From NCBI RefSeq assembly GCF_000973505.1, contig NZ_CP010048.1, positions 360,001 to 392,000 of the forward strand: a DNA stretch of 32,000 bases. The letters run 5' to 3'. Positions within the stretch are counted from its first letter, which is position 1. Each line of letters begins with the position of its first letter. This document shows positions 1 through 9,295 of this stretch, in pieces. Below the pieces are notes generated by a model. That model searched no databases. It saw only the letters and a program-made list of their open reading frames with translations, and was not told the DNA's origin. The position numbers and the translations under genes are program-made. Source of the stretch: Candidatus Saccharimonadota bacterium. Its GTDB lineage: Bacteria; Pseudomonadota; Gammaproteobacteria; Enterobacterales; Enterobacteriaceae.

Positions 1-564
1 TTGGTGTAATGCATTAAGGTCATCTTCATAATATGAGGATAATAATTCACAAGAAGATTGATTCAATGTAAAATTTAGGTCTTTAGCTCGTTGTAAAATC
101 CAAGGTATCAATCTGTTATATTGAGGAGTATTACATTCAATAAATACTATATGTTTTCTTAAATTTTTGTAAGAATGAAAATAATTTTTTATGGCAATAG
201 TTAATGTATTTATACGGAATATTAAAAATAAGTTATGATTCATAAGAGGGATAAGAAAAGATATTTTTTTAAAAATCGTATTATCAATTTTTTTGTTTGT
301 TTGATATAACAAAAATATTTTTTTTTTACATTTAAATAAAGATTGTGTATGAGCAATTTCAAATATGTCGTTTAATGTTGATTGATCATTTAATGAAAAT
401 ACGAATTGATCATATGAATGGGGAGATGTAAGATTTTTTAGAATAAAATCTTGGGTGTCATTTAATAAAAACTGGTTATTACCAAATATAACGTAGCAAT
501 AATAACATGTTTTTTTTATTGAAATTTGTTGTTGTAATTGTTGAAGGCATATATGAGTAATCAT
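1..564 (-). CDS. holA: DNA polymerase III delta subunit, N-terminal part only; the gene runs off the left edge of the window
   Basis: My manual reverse-complement translation from the ATG at 564-562 gives 188 stop-free codons (MITHICLQQLQQQISIKKTCYYCYVIFGNNQFLLND...PWILQRAKDLNFTLNQ...). This is collinear with E. coli HolA as I recall it (MIRLYPEQLRAQL...LLLGNDPLLL...PRWVAARAKQLNLELD). Its position downstream of leuS-lptE matches E. coli. It is absent from the ORF track only because no stop codon lies in the window. Confidence 0.8.
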   Translation of the reverse strand, partial: MITHICLQQLQQQISIKKTCYYCYVIFGNNQFLLNDTQDFILKNLTSPHSYDQFVFSLNDQSTLNDIFEIAHTQSLFKCKKKIFLLYQTNKKIDNTIFKKISFLIPLMNHNLFLIFRINTLTIAIKNYFHSYKNLRKHIVFIECNTPQYNRLIPWILQRAKDLNFTLNQSSCELLSSYYEDDLNALHQ

Positions 565-618
565 AGTATTTGTGTAATATAGAAAATGGTATTTTAATGT
601 TAATTTATATCTTAATAT

Positions 619-1158
619 CTAATAATATTTTTTAATTACATCTAAGAGTTTAAATGTTAACTCTTCTGATATTTCTTCATATATTTTTTTACGGATAGTA
701 TTTTCTTTAATAGAATTTGCTAAAATTTTTACAGGATCATTGAAAAATGATTTAGAAACTACAATATTAGATGGATAATATTTATTAGTTGGTGTTACAA
801 TTTTTATTGTTGTAGTCAATATCATTTGATATTCTGCAGGTTGTCCATCTGAAAATAAAGACTTTGTAATGCATTTTTCTAATGTATGTATTATATATAA
901 AGATATATAGGCAGAACGATTACATTGATATTTGTATGTATTGCAATCAATGTATGAAATATTATTCATGTGAAGTTTTTCTTTTGTAATTTTTGTTAAA
1001 AAATTATAAGAATTGTAACTATACAAATTTATGAAAGGATGATTATTTTTTTTAACAACATCATGCGTGATGATATCATATGCACATCCTGAAGTGAATA
1101 TTAATATTATTAATACACTATTTCTTAACCACAATATGGAGTTATTTGTGATGTACAA
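619..1158 (-). CDS. lptE: LPS-assembly outer-membrane lipoprotein LptE (RlpB)
   Basis: 179-aa ORF lying 7 nt after the leuS stop codon, as in E. coli. The N-terminal signal peptide ends in a lipobox-like FTSG-C (E. coli has ITAG-C). The codon at 1158 is TTG, so the exact start is uncertain. Confidence 0.75.
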   Translation of the reverse strand: MYITNNSILWLRNSVLIILIFTSGCAYDIITHDVVKKNNHPFINLYSYNSYNFLTKITKEKLHMNNISYIDCNTYKYQCNRSAYISLYIIHTLEKCITKSLFSDGQPAEYQMILTTTIKIVTPTNKYYPSNIVVSKSFFNDPVKILANSIKENTIRKKIYEEISEELTFKLLDVIKKYY

Positions 1159-1167
1159 GGGATACCT

Positions 1168-3756
1168 TCATTTTTTTTCTGTAATAAAATTAATAATTTT
1201 ATTTTGAATATAAATTGTTTTTATAATTTTTTTATTTCTTAAGTATTTTAAAGCAGTAGAATCTTTTTGGGATACAAGATCATAGATTGTGTGTTCTGGG
1301 GTATTATTTACAACATCAATTGTATCTCGAGTTTTACCATTTATTTGTATAATAATTGTTTTTGTACGTTCTATTAATGCTGTTTTATCTCCTATTGGCC
1401 AGGTGCTATGATCAATATCACCTTCAGCACCTAAAGCTTGCCAAAGAACAAAAGTGATATGAGGTGTGAATGGATAAAGCATTCGTATTATTGATAAAAG
1501 TGATTCATGTAATAAAGCACGATCTTGCTGATTTTTTTTTGGAACAGATATCAAATGATTTATTAATTTCATAATAGATGCAATTGCAGTATTAAACATG
1601 TGCCGACGATCAATATCATCAGTGACTTTTAAGATTGTTTTATGTACTTTTCTTCGTAATATTGTTTGTTGGTTATTTAAAATATTTATATTTAATGTCT
1701 CTACTGGACCATTATTAATATGTTCATAAACTAACCTCCATAAACGTTTTAAAAAACGATGAACACCCATAATGTTTGTTTCTTTCCATTCTAATGGCAT
1801 ATTCACTGGGGCAGCAAACATAATAAATAATCGGACAGTATCTGCACCGTATTTTTTAATCATAATATCTGGATTTATTCCATTTTTTTTTGACTTTGAC
1901 ATTTTAACCATGCCCAAATGAGTTAAATGATTTCCATCATCATCGATAGCTTGGATAATATGTCCTTTTTTGTCATATTTAACTGTAACATGTAAAGGTG
2001 ATACCCATATTTGTTCATTGTTTTTATTTATATAGTAAAATGCATCTGATAATACCATGCCCTGACATAACAGTCGTTTTGCAGGTTCAACTGAATTCAC
2101 CAATCCTATGTCTCTCATGAGCTTATGATAAAATCGAAAATATATTAAGTGCATCGTAGCATGTTCAATTCCTCCGATATATTGATCAATAGGTAACCAA
2201 TAATTTACAGCTTGGGAAGATAGCATTCCAGATGTGTAATTGGGGCAAGTATATCGAGCATAATACCATGAAGATTCCATAAAAGTGTCAAACGTATCGC
2301 TTTCACGTGATGCTGGAGAGTTTTTATAGATAGTATGTATCCAGTCATCACTTTTTAATGGATTGAAAACATTATTTGTTGTAATATTTTCTGGTAAAAC
2401 AACGGGCAATTGATTACTCGGAACTGAAACAATATTTCCATTTTTTAAAATAATCATTGGAATGGGTACCCCCCAGTACCGCTGACGTGATATACACCAA
2501 TCTTGTATTCGATAGCATACTTTATGTTTAGCAATCCCTTGATTTATTAATTTTTTGGTAATTTTCTCACAAGCTACTTGATGATTAAGTTTATTGAATT
2601 CTCCGGAATTAAATAATGTACCTTTATATACCATAGCGTGAGTATCAACTTTGGGTTTTTTGTTATTTATGTCAAGAATAACAGATTGCATAGGTAAATT
2701 ATATTTATTAGCAAATCTCCAATCTTCTTGATTATGCGCTGGAACCCCCATGATGGCACCTGTACCGTACTTAATAGATACATAATTACTAATCCAAATT
2801 GGTAATATATTATGGTTTAATGGATGTATAGCATACATACCAGTGTTTATTCCTTGTGTTTCTGTAATCAAATTTTTATATTGATTTGTTTGGTATATTT
2901 GTGAATTTTTAAAATTATAATTTAAGAAATTATTGTTATTTATAATATTTTTAGATAAAGGATGTTCTATTGAGATTGCGATATATGTTGCCCCCATGAT
3001 AGTATCAGGACGAGTAGTATAAATTGTTACAACATTGTTGCTATTTAATATTTTAAAAGATATTTCAAGCCCATTAGAACGTCCAATCCAATTTCGTTGC
3101 ATGGTTTTTACTTGTTGGGGCCAATCTGTCAAAATATCTAAATCATATAATAATTGATCAGCGTATTTAGTAATTTTTATAAACCATTGGGGGATACATT
3201 TGTATTGTATTTTTGTATTACAACGCCAGCAACAATTATTGATTACTTGTTCATTGGCTAATACTGTTTGATCTTTTGGACACCAATTTACCAGTGATTT
3301 TTTTTTATACACTAATCCTTTTTGATATAATATTGTAAAAAACCATTGTTCCCAACGATAATATTCTGGTTGACAAGTTATAAGTTCTCTACTCCAGTCG
3401 TAAGCAAATCCCAACGATTTAAGTTGTGTTTTCATGGTGCAAATATTTGAATATGTCCAAATAGAAGGGGGGGTGTGATTCAAGATAGCTGCATGTTCTG
3501 CAGGTAAACCAAAAGCATCCCATCCTATTGGTTGTAACACATTTTTTCCTAATAAACGTTGGTATCTAGAAATTACGTCACCGATAGTATAATTTCTAAC
3601 ATGTCCCATATGTAAATTACCGGAAGGATATGGCAGCATAGATAAACAATAATATTTTTTTCGGTGAAAATCTTCTGTAACCATAAAAGTTTTTTTATTA
3701 TCCCAATTAGTTTGAACCAAAGGTTCTATTTTATTCGGTTGGTATATTTTTTCCAT
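1168..3756 (-). CDS. leuS: Leucyl-tRNA synthetase
   Basis: 862-aa ORF with the class I HIGH-type motif (PSGNLHMGHVRNY) and KMSKS (VKMSKSKKNG). The full-length CP1 editing region is present, and length is close to E. coli (860 aa). Confidence 0.97.
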   Translation of the reverse strand: MEKIYQPNKIEPLVQTNWDNKKTFMVTEDFHRKKYYCLSMLPYPSGNLHMGHVRNYTIGDVISRYQRLLGKNVLQPIGWDAFGLPAEHAAILNHTPPSIWTYSNICTMKTQLKSLGFAYDWSRELITCQPEYYRWEQWFFTILYQKGLVYKKKSLVNWCPKDQTVLANEQVINNCCWRCNTKIQYKCIPQWFIKITKYADQLLYDLDILTDWPQQVKTMQRNWIGRSNGLEISFKILNSNNVVTIYTTRPDTIMGATYIAISIEHPLSKNIINNNNFLNYNFKNSQIYQTNQYKNLITETQGINTGMYAIHPLNHNILPIWISNYVSIKYGTGAIMGVPAHNQEDWRFANKYNLPMQSVILDINNKKPKVDTHAMVYKGTLFNSGEFNKLNHQVACEKITKKLINQGIAKHKVCYRIQDWCISRQRYWGVPIPMIILKNGNIVSVPSNQLPVVLPENITTNNVFNPLKSDDWIHTIYKNSPASRESDTFDTFMESSWYYARYTCPNYTSGMLSSQAVNYWLPIDQYIGGIEHATMHLIYFRFYHKLMRDIGLVNSVEPAKRLLCQGMVLSDAFYYINKNNEQIWVSPLHVTVKYDKKGHIIQAIDDDGNHLTHLGMVKMSKSKKNGINPDIMIKKYGADTVRLFIMFAAPVNMPLEWKETNIMGVHRFLKRLWRLVYEHINNGPVETLNINILNNQQTILRRKVHKTILKVTDDIDRRHMFNTAIASIMKLINHLISVPKKNQQDRALLHESLLSIIRMLYPFTPHITFVLWQALGAEGDIDHSTWPIGDKTALIERTKTIIIQINGKTRDTIDVVNNTPEHTIYDLVSQKDSTALKYLRNKKIIKTIYIQNKIINFITEKK

Positions 3757-4202
3757 ATTAAATCTTTATCTCGTATCTTTCTAATGTAAAACGTTATACT
3801 GCAAATAACAACTATATAATATAATAGCACTGAAACACAAAAATTTTGCATATTAAATTAATAATTAAAATATTTATAATTATAATTATAATGTGAATAT
3901 GGTTTTAATATTAAATCTTATTTAAATAAAATATTAACTATCAAAGGTATTAAATATCTAATATTTATTATGTTGAATTATTGTAAACATGAACGATGTG
4001 TCAAAAACATAATAATAATTTATTAATGATAATTAAGCATATCATATGAATAATACTATACTTTGAAAATTATTAACGATTATTTGAATTTTAATTATTA
4101 TATTCTTGAAATATATAGATAATATACATTTGCATACTCAATTATATAATATTGTTATATTAATAATTTTAATAAGGTTGTATGTATATATTTCATAACT
4201 AA

Positions 4203-5735
4203 TTATTTGTTTTTTATAGCTAGAATAGTAAAAATTATTAGGATGGTTTTTAAAGGATAACTTCCTAATCTAACATAGGGGGTGATTCCTTTTGTTGGTG
4301 TTATTTTATTAGTTAATACTGCTTCAGTACATTGGGGTAACGTAGATTGTAATTTTCCATTTGCTGCAATAAATGCTGTGATTCCATTATTTGTACTATG
4401 GATTAGAGGTCTACCAAGTTCAAGAGCTCGCATTTGTGCTATTTGAAGGTGTTGCCATGGTTCAATAGAACATCCAAACCAAGCATTATTGGAAATAGTT
4501 AATAAAAAATCTGTATCAGCTTGAAAATTGTTTCTAATTCGATTTCCAAAAATAATTTCATAACAAATACTAGCGGTAAATTTTATGTTAGCCACAGTTA
4601 ATTGAGGTTGTAAATATTTCCCTGATGTTAAGCAAGAAAATGGAAAATTAAAGAAGGAAAAAAATGATTCTAAATACCTTTTACAGGGGATGGTTTCTCC
4701 AAAAGGAACTAAATGATATTTAATATAACGATTATTATTAGAATAATAATATGGAGTAGAATCACCAATCACTATGATACTATTATAATATTGTTGTCGA
4801 TGTTGTACATATCGGACATCAATTATACCAGTAATTAGACTGACATTTTTGTGTCTTAATGTTAAATCTAGTTGTGTTAAAAAATTATTTTGAGCAATTT
4901 CACTATCTGGAATTGCTGACTCAGGCCAAATAATGATTTTGCTTTTTTTGATATTATTAAAACTATGTTGCAGATATGTATTTAATATTTGAGAAATATA
5001 ATCAGCATTCCATTTTATTGTTTGATTGATGTTACCTTGTATTAATGTTATCACAATACTTTTTTGTGGTACCAAATGGTACCAATGTATTAATTGTAGT
5101 GCCCACAGGAATACAATCAATATTGTTGTACTAATTATTAATAATAATGAGTGCTTTTTTAGTAATATGCAAACAAACAATCCACTAATTAACATTAACC
5201 CAAAAGTAATTCCTTCCATTCCTAAGATAGGTGCTAGACCTTTTAAAGGAGCATTAATTTGGCTATAACCAAATTGCAACCAAGGAAATCCACCAAACAG
5301 ATACCCTCTTAGCATCTCTGTCGAAATCCATAAAGTTGGTGCAGCAAATATTAAACGCGAATATGTACTAATTGGCCATATTTGGACTAAAAGTATTGAA
5401 AATACTACAGGATAACAGGTTAAATATATTATTAAAACAAACATTAACATAATACTCATCAATTTGGGGATATTTCCAAATTGATGAATACTAATATAAA
5501 CCCAATTAATTCCAGTACCAAACAATCCAATTCCCCAAAAAAAACTAAAACAAGAAGATTGATAATAATTGCAATTTGTAATGACTAATAACAAACCGGT
5601 TAATGAAAATATTGCAGCTGGCCAAAAATTATAGGGAGAAAATGATAATGTACCACAAAGACCAGCCAGTGTAGCTGATAAAATCCGAAAAATGTAATAA
5701 TTTAATTGTGATGTTGTTCTTTTTTGATCATTCAT
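4203..5735 (-). CDS. lnt: Apolipoprotein N-acyltransferase
   Basis: 510-aa ORF with a multi-pass hydrophobic N-terminal half and a C-terminal nitrilase-like domain (ICYEIIF... around the catalytic Cys). The conserved corC-lnt adjacency is kept. Its start overlaps the corC stop by 8 nt (ATGAATGA). Confidence 0.93.
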   Translation of the reverse strand: MNDQKRTTSQLNYYIFRILSATLAGLCGTLSFSPYNFWPAAIFSLTGLLLVITNCNYYQSSCFSFFWGIGLFGTGINWVYISIHQFGNIPKLMSIMLMFVLIIYLTCYPVVFSILLVQIWPISTYSRLIFAAPTLWISTEMLRGYLFGGFPWLQFGYSQINAPLKGLAPILGMEGITFGLMLISGLFVCILLKKHSLLLIISTTILIVFLWALQLIHWYHLVPQKSIVITLIQGNINQTIKWNADYISQILNTYLQHSFNNIKKSKIIIWPESAIPDSEIAQNNFLTQLDLTLRHKNVSLITGIIDVRYVQHRQQYYNSIIVIGDSTPYYYSNNNRYIKYHLVPFGETIPCKRYLESFFSFFNFPFSCLTSGKYLQPQLTVANIKFTASICYEIIFGNRIRNNFQADTDFLLTISNNAWFGCSIEPWQHLQIAQMRALELGRPLIHSTNNGITAFIAANGKLQSTLPQCTEAVLTNKITPTKGITPYVRLGSYPLKTILIIFTILAIKNK

Positions 5736-6636
5736 TTTTTATGAATGTTGTAGGTTTTTTTTTAGACGGAATTAAAGAAAAATCTAAATTTTTTGGAATA
5801 TCAACAATCATTTGTATAATTCGACGGCTATCAGTTAAAATTATTTTAAAAATATATCCTTCAATATCAATAGAATCTCCATGTTTTGGCAAATGCCCGA
5901 ACGTTTGCATGACCAGTCCCCCTATAGTGTCAATCTCTTCACTTTTAAAATTGGTATGAAATATTTTATTAAAATCTATAATAGGAGTCAGCGCACAAAT
6001 ATTAAATGTTTTTTTAGTCAATTGATAAATATTTTTATTATTTGTGTCATCATATTCATCTTCAATGTTACCCACGATAAGTTCGAGAATGTCTTCAATT
6101 GTAATTAATCCTGACATTGCTCCAAATTCATCGATAACAATCGCCATATGATGATGTTGTAAACGAAATTCTTTTAACATTTTATCAACGCGTTTATGTT
6201 CTGAAACCACGATGGCTGGTCGTAATATTTTTTCAATATTAAACAATGCAGAATTTTTTTTCATAAATGGTAATAAATCTTTAGCCATTAAAATACCTTC
6301 GATATGGTCTTTATCTTTGTTAATAACTGGAAATCGAGAATGAGCTGATTTTATAATAATATTAAGACAATCTTCTACAGATTGATGATTTTGTATACTA
6401 ACGATTTGTGATCTAGGTATCATGACATCACGTACTCGTTCTTTGACAATATTCATAACTCCTTCTAACATATCAGATGTATCATTATCGATTAGTTCAT
6501 TTTTTTTAAGTTTTTTTATTAATTTCAATAAATCATTTCGATTTTTTGGTTCATCATGAAATAAATGGTTTAAAATTATAGAAAAGAAGTTTTTTTTAAC
6601 CGGAGTAGAACTATCTTGAGAATCATTATCGTTCAT
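5728..6636 (-). CDS. corC: CBS-domain Mg/Co efflux-associated protein CorC (YbeX)
   Basis: 302-aa ORF with tandem CBS domains (VRDVMIPRSQIV...HMAIVIDEFGAMSGLITIEDILE) and a C-terminal CorC/HlyC domain. It sits between ybeY and lnt as in E. coli. Confidence 0.9.
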   Translation of the reverse strand: MNDNDSQDSSTPVKKNFFSIILNHLFHDEPKNRNDLLKLIKKLKKNELIDNDTSDMLEGVMNIVKERVRDVMIPRSQIVSIQNHQSVEDCLNIIIKSAHSRFPVINKDKDHIEGILMAKDLLPFMKKNSALFNIEKILRPAIVVSEHKRVDKMLKEFRLQHHHMAIVIDEFGAMSGLITIEDILELIVGNIEDEYDDTNNKNIYQLTKKTFNICALTPIIDFNKIFHTNFKSEEIDTIGGLVMQTFGHLPKHGDSIDIEGYIFKIILTDSRRIIQMIVDIPKNLDFSLIPSKKKPTTFIKNE

Positions 6637-6739
6637 ATCTTTAATTGAATTATTATTATTTTAATCAATGTTCCATAATAGATATATTAGGACTGTAAAA
6701 TTAAATTTCAATTTTAAAGGGCATAAATATTAATATTTC

Positions 6740-7185
6740 TTATCTGTATCCTAAATTGTACATAATTTTTTTTTCCATTTTTTCCATGATTTCAGTATCG
6801 TTAGTAGTGATATGATCATAACCCATGAGATGTAACGAGCCATGAATAACTACATATGCTAATTGTCTTTCAATAGATATATTATTTATTTTAGCTTCAT
6901 GCTTTATAATTTGATAACAAATTACTAAATCACCTATTATGGTTGTGTTTAGCCAGAGAGGAGGATAAAATGGAAATGATAAAACATTAGTGGGATTTTT
7001 TTTTTTAAGAAATACATATTTAAAGAACGACTTTCCATTTCATCAACTATTCGGATAGATAGTTCTATACATTTCCGGTGATATGAGGAAAAAATGCATC
7101 GTATCCAACGGGTAAATGTAGATTTATTTGGTATTCCATTTAAGTTATTACACGCTAATTGTAAATTAAGAACAATTTTCTTCAT
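6740..7185 (-). pseudogene. ybeY: Endoribonuclease YbeY (16S rRNA maturation factor), reading frame broken inside a poly(A)11 tract. Either a pseudogene or a slippage-dependent gene.
   Basis: The ORF-track fragment 6949..7185 (MKKIVLNLQLACNN...SLNMYFLKKK) matches the YbeY N-terminus and then leaves frame at the A11 run (plus-strand T run 6996-7006). My manual translation of the other frame, from 6994 to the stop at 6742-6740, gives 84 stop-free codons: PTNVLSFPF...IGDLVICYQ...HGSLHLMGYDH...LGYR. This includes the YbeY zinc-binding H-x-x-x-H-x-x-x-x-x-H motif. One extra A (A12) would give a 148-aa protein. Confidence 0.85.
6996..7006 (-). repeat. 11-nt homopolymer (poly(A) on the coding strand) at the ybeY frameshift site
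   Basis: Counted directly: tgggaTTTTTTTTTTTaaga on the plus strand. Confidence 0.9.
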
Positions 7186-7371
7186 ATATATATTTTTTTA
7201 ATATTTTTATAAAAAAAATCAAGACGATACACATTATATAATCAATTACGAAAAGAAGTAATATTTTAAATTATTTTTTTATAAATGAACAAATTATCAA
7301 ATATAGGCAATTAATGATCTTGATTAACTTGAATTTACTATATTACTGTAATATATATATTTAAAATATAT

Positions 7372-7394
7372 AGAATCAAAGATTCTGTTTTTTT
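7372..7394 (+). terminator. Intrinsic-terminator-like hairpin plus T7 tract in the ybeY-ubiF divergent spacer
   Basis: agaatc-aaa-gattct forms a perfect 6-bp stem with a 3-nt loop (7372-7386). It is followed by g and TTTTTTT (7388-7394). No annotated plus-strand gene lies upstream. The stem is weak (2 GC pairs). Confidence 0.3.
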
Positions 7395-7527
7395 AGTATT
7401 ATAATTAAGCACAGATATTAGTTTAAAAAATTTTGATTTTTGAATTTAATACATTAATATTGTTTATTAAAAAATAATTCTGTAATATTTTAAAAATATT
7501 AAAATATATACTTAATATTGTTAAATC

Positions 7528-8712
7528 ATGAACAAAATGTATTGTGATGTTTTAATATCAGGAGCTGGAATTGTGGGATCTGTTTTGGCGATAAGGCTTG
7601 TGCAATCCGGTTTTCGTGTGATTATTATAGATTCTGCTGTGCCACATTTATTGCCAACAACTTCTGCACCTGATTTACGAGTATCTGCTATAAATATATC
7701 TTCAGTAAAATTGTTGCACATGATGAATATATGGAAAAGAATAAAATCTTCTTTTTATGTGCAATTTCATGAATTAGAAATCTGGGAATGCTTATCCTCA
7801 AAAGTTGTTTTTAACAGCGATTTATTAAATCTTCCATATATGGGATTTATTGTGGAAAATTCAAGATTACAATTTGCCTTGTGGGAAAATTTTTTAGATT
7901 ATAAAAACAAGTTAATATTTTTTGATCGTTGTTCATTAAGTTCTATTTTTTATAATGGAAAATATTGGGAATCTACATGTAGTAATGGAAAATCAGTTAA
8001 TAGTTTATTATTAATAGGGGCTGATGGAAAAGATTCTTTAGTACGAAATAAAGTAAACATTGGGGTAACTGGTTGGCAATATCGACAATTTTGCATGTTG
8101 ATGAGCATAAAATTTACTAAAGATCAAAAAGGGAAAATATGGCAACTTTTTACCCCATCTGGTCCTAGAGGGTTTTTACCATTATATGATAATTGGGGTT
8201 CTTTAATGTGGTATGATAATATTAATAATATTCATCAATTACAAGAACTATCTTTACCAATATTAGAAAATATTCTCCAAAAATATTTTGGTGAGCGACT
8301 AGGTATAATAAAGCTATATAAGCGATTTTATTTTTCCTTAGTCCGACAACATGCTAACTACTATGTAAAACAAGGTTTGGCACTAGTTGGAGATGCTGCA
8401 CACACAATTAATCCGTTAGCTGGACAAGGCATTAATCTTGGTTTACGTGATGTTAATACGTTAGTCAACATATTAAATGCAGCTAAATGTGGAGGAGAAC
8501 TATGGAATACATTAACAGTCTTACAACGTTATCAAAATCAACGGCGGTATGATAATTATTTTATGCAAACTGGAATAGATTTTTTATACACTATTTTTAG
8601 TAATGATATTTTGTTTATAAAATTTTTAAGAAAAAGTTCTTTAGTTATTCTTGAACGTTCTCCCATATTAAAGAAATATATTTTACAATATGCATTGGGT
8701 TTTGAATTTTAA
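7528..8712 (+). CDS. ubiF: FAD-dependent ubiquinone-biosynthesis hydroxylase (2-octaprenyl-3-methyl-6-methoxy-1,4-benzoquinol hydroxylase)
   Basis: 394-aa ORF with an N-terminal GxGxxG FAD fold (VLISGAGIVGSVLA). It has the LVGDAAHTINPLAGQGINLG motif and a block IWQLFTPSGPRGFLPLYDNWGSLMWYD, very close to E. coli UbiF as I recall it. It lies next to the Gln/Leu/Met tRNA cluster, as E. coli ubiF does. Confidence 0.85.
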   Translation: MNKMYCDVLISGAGIVGSVLAIRLVQSGFRVIIIDSAVPHLLPTTSAPDLRVSAINISSVKLLHMMNIWKRIKSSFYVQFHELEIWECLSSKVVFNSDLLNLPYMGFIVENSRLQFALWENFLDYKNKLIFFDRCSLSSIFYNGKYWESTCSNGKSVNSLLLIGADGKDSLVRNKVNIGVTGWQYRQFCMLMSIKFTKDQKGKIWQLFTPSGPRGFLPLYDNWGSLMWYDNINNIHQLQELSLPILENILQKYFGERLGIIKLYKRFYFSLVRQHANYYVKQGLALVGDAAHTINPLAGQGINLGLRDVNTLVNILNAAKCGGELWNTLTVLQRYQNQRRYDNYFMQTGIDFLYTIFSNDILFIKFLRKSSLVILERSPILKKYILQYALGFEF

Positions 8713-8880
8713 AATGAAGGGAAATTAAATTTTGGACGATATGTAAGTAAGTAATAGTAACAATATACTATACTTTATATACTTTATAAGATAAGTCTAT
8801 TAGTGTTATTTTTTAGTTTTATTATTAGCATGTTCATTTTATGCATTTAAAATATTAGAATAGCCGTATAACATTAATAA

Positions 8881-8953
8881 CTGGGGCACCAGGATTCGAA
8901 CCTGGGTATGGCGGGATCAAAACCCGCTGCCTTTGCCGCTTGGCTATGCCCCA
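8881..8953 (-). tRNA. glnU: tRNA-Gln (anticodon UUG), 3' CCA not encoded
   Basis: The reverse complement tggggcatagccaagcggcaaaggcagcgggTTTTGATcccgccatacccaggttcgaatcctggtgccccag folds as a cloverleaf. The anticodon loop is uuUUGau, and the sequence is near-identical to E. coli tRNA-Gln. Assignment to a specific glnU/V/W/X paralog is arbitrary. Confidence 0.9.
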
Positions 8954-8970
8954 TCATTGATACCAAAAAA

Positions 8971-9055
8971 TACGGGAGGCGAGATTTGAACTCGCATACT
9001 CATTAATGGTATCAGAACCTAACTCTGACGCGTCTACCTATTTCGCCACTCCCGC
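8971..9055 (-). tRNA. leuW: tRNA-Leu (anticodon UAG), long variable arm, 3' CCA not encoded
   Basis: The reverse complement gcgggagtggcgaaataggtagacgcgtcagaGTTAGGTtctgataccattaatgagtatgcgagttcaaatctcgcctcccgta has anticodon loop guUAGgu and a class II variable arm. It closely resembles E. coli leuW. Confidence 0.9.
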
Positions 9056-9080
9056 TGATAAATTTTAAAGAATTACACAA

Positions 9081-9154
<74 letters not shown>

Positions 9155-9295
9155 AAAACATCTCATCTAATATTTTAAATAAAATTACATATCACACAGT
9201 AACAATCAATTTCTATATTGTATTACATAATACTTAACATAAATTAAACATAATGTATAAATCATTCTATGTAGTAATTCTTAATTATTTTATTG

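Noticed and set aside
5026-6108. Three plus-strand ORFs from the track (5026..5268, 5708..5959, 5881..6108; 75-83 aa)
   Set aside because: They lie entirely antisense to the well-supported lnt and corC genes. Their products are low-complexity, with no recognisable motif. Such ORFs are expected opposite real genes.
7521-7721. 66-aa minus-strand ORF overlapping the ubiF 5' end
   Set aside because: It is antisense to the conserved FAD-binding N-terminus of ubiF and has no motif or plausible context.
9155-9295. Sigma-70 promoter calls (TTGACA/TATAAT-like hexamers) upstream of the tRNA operon, ubiF, glnS, pgm, gltA/sdhC and tolQ
   Set aside because: TATAAT-like and TTGAxx-like strings occur every few tens of bases in these spacers. 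Without transcription-start data, any specific call would be arbitrary.
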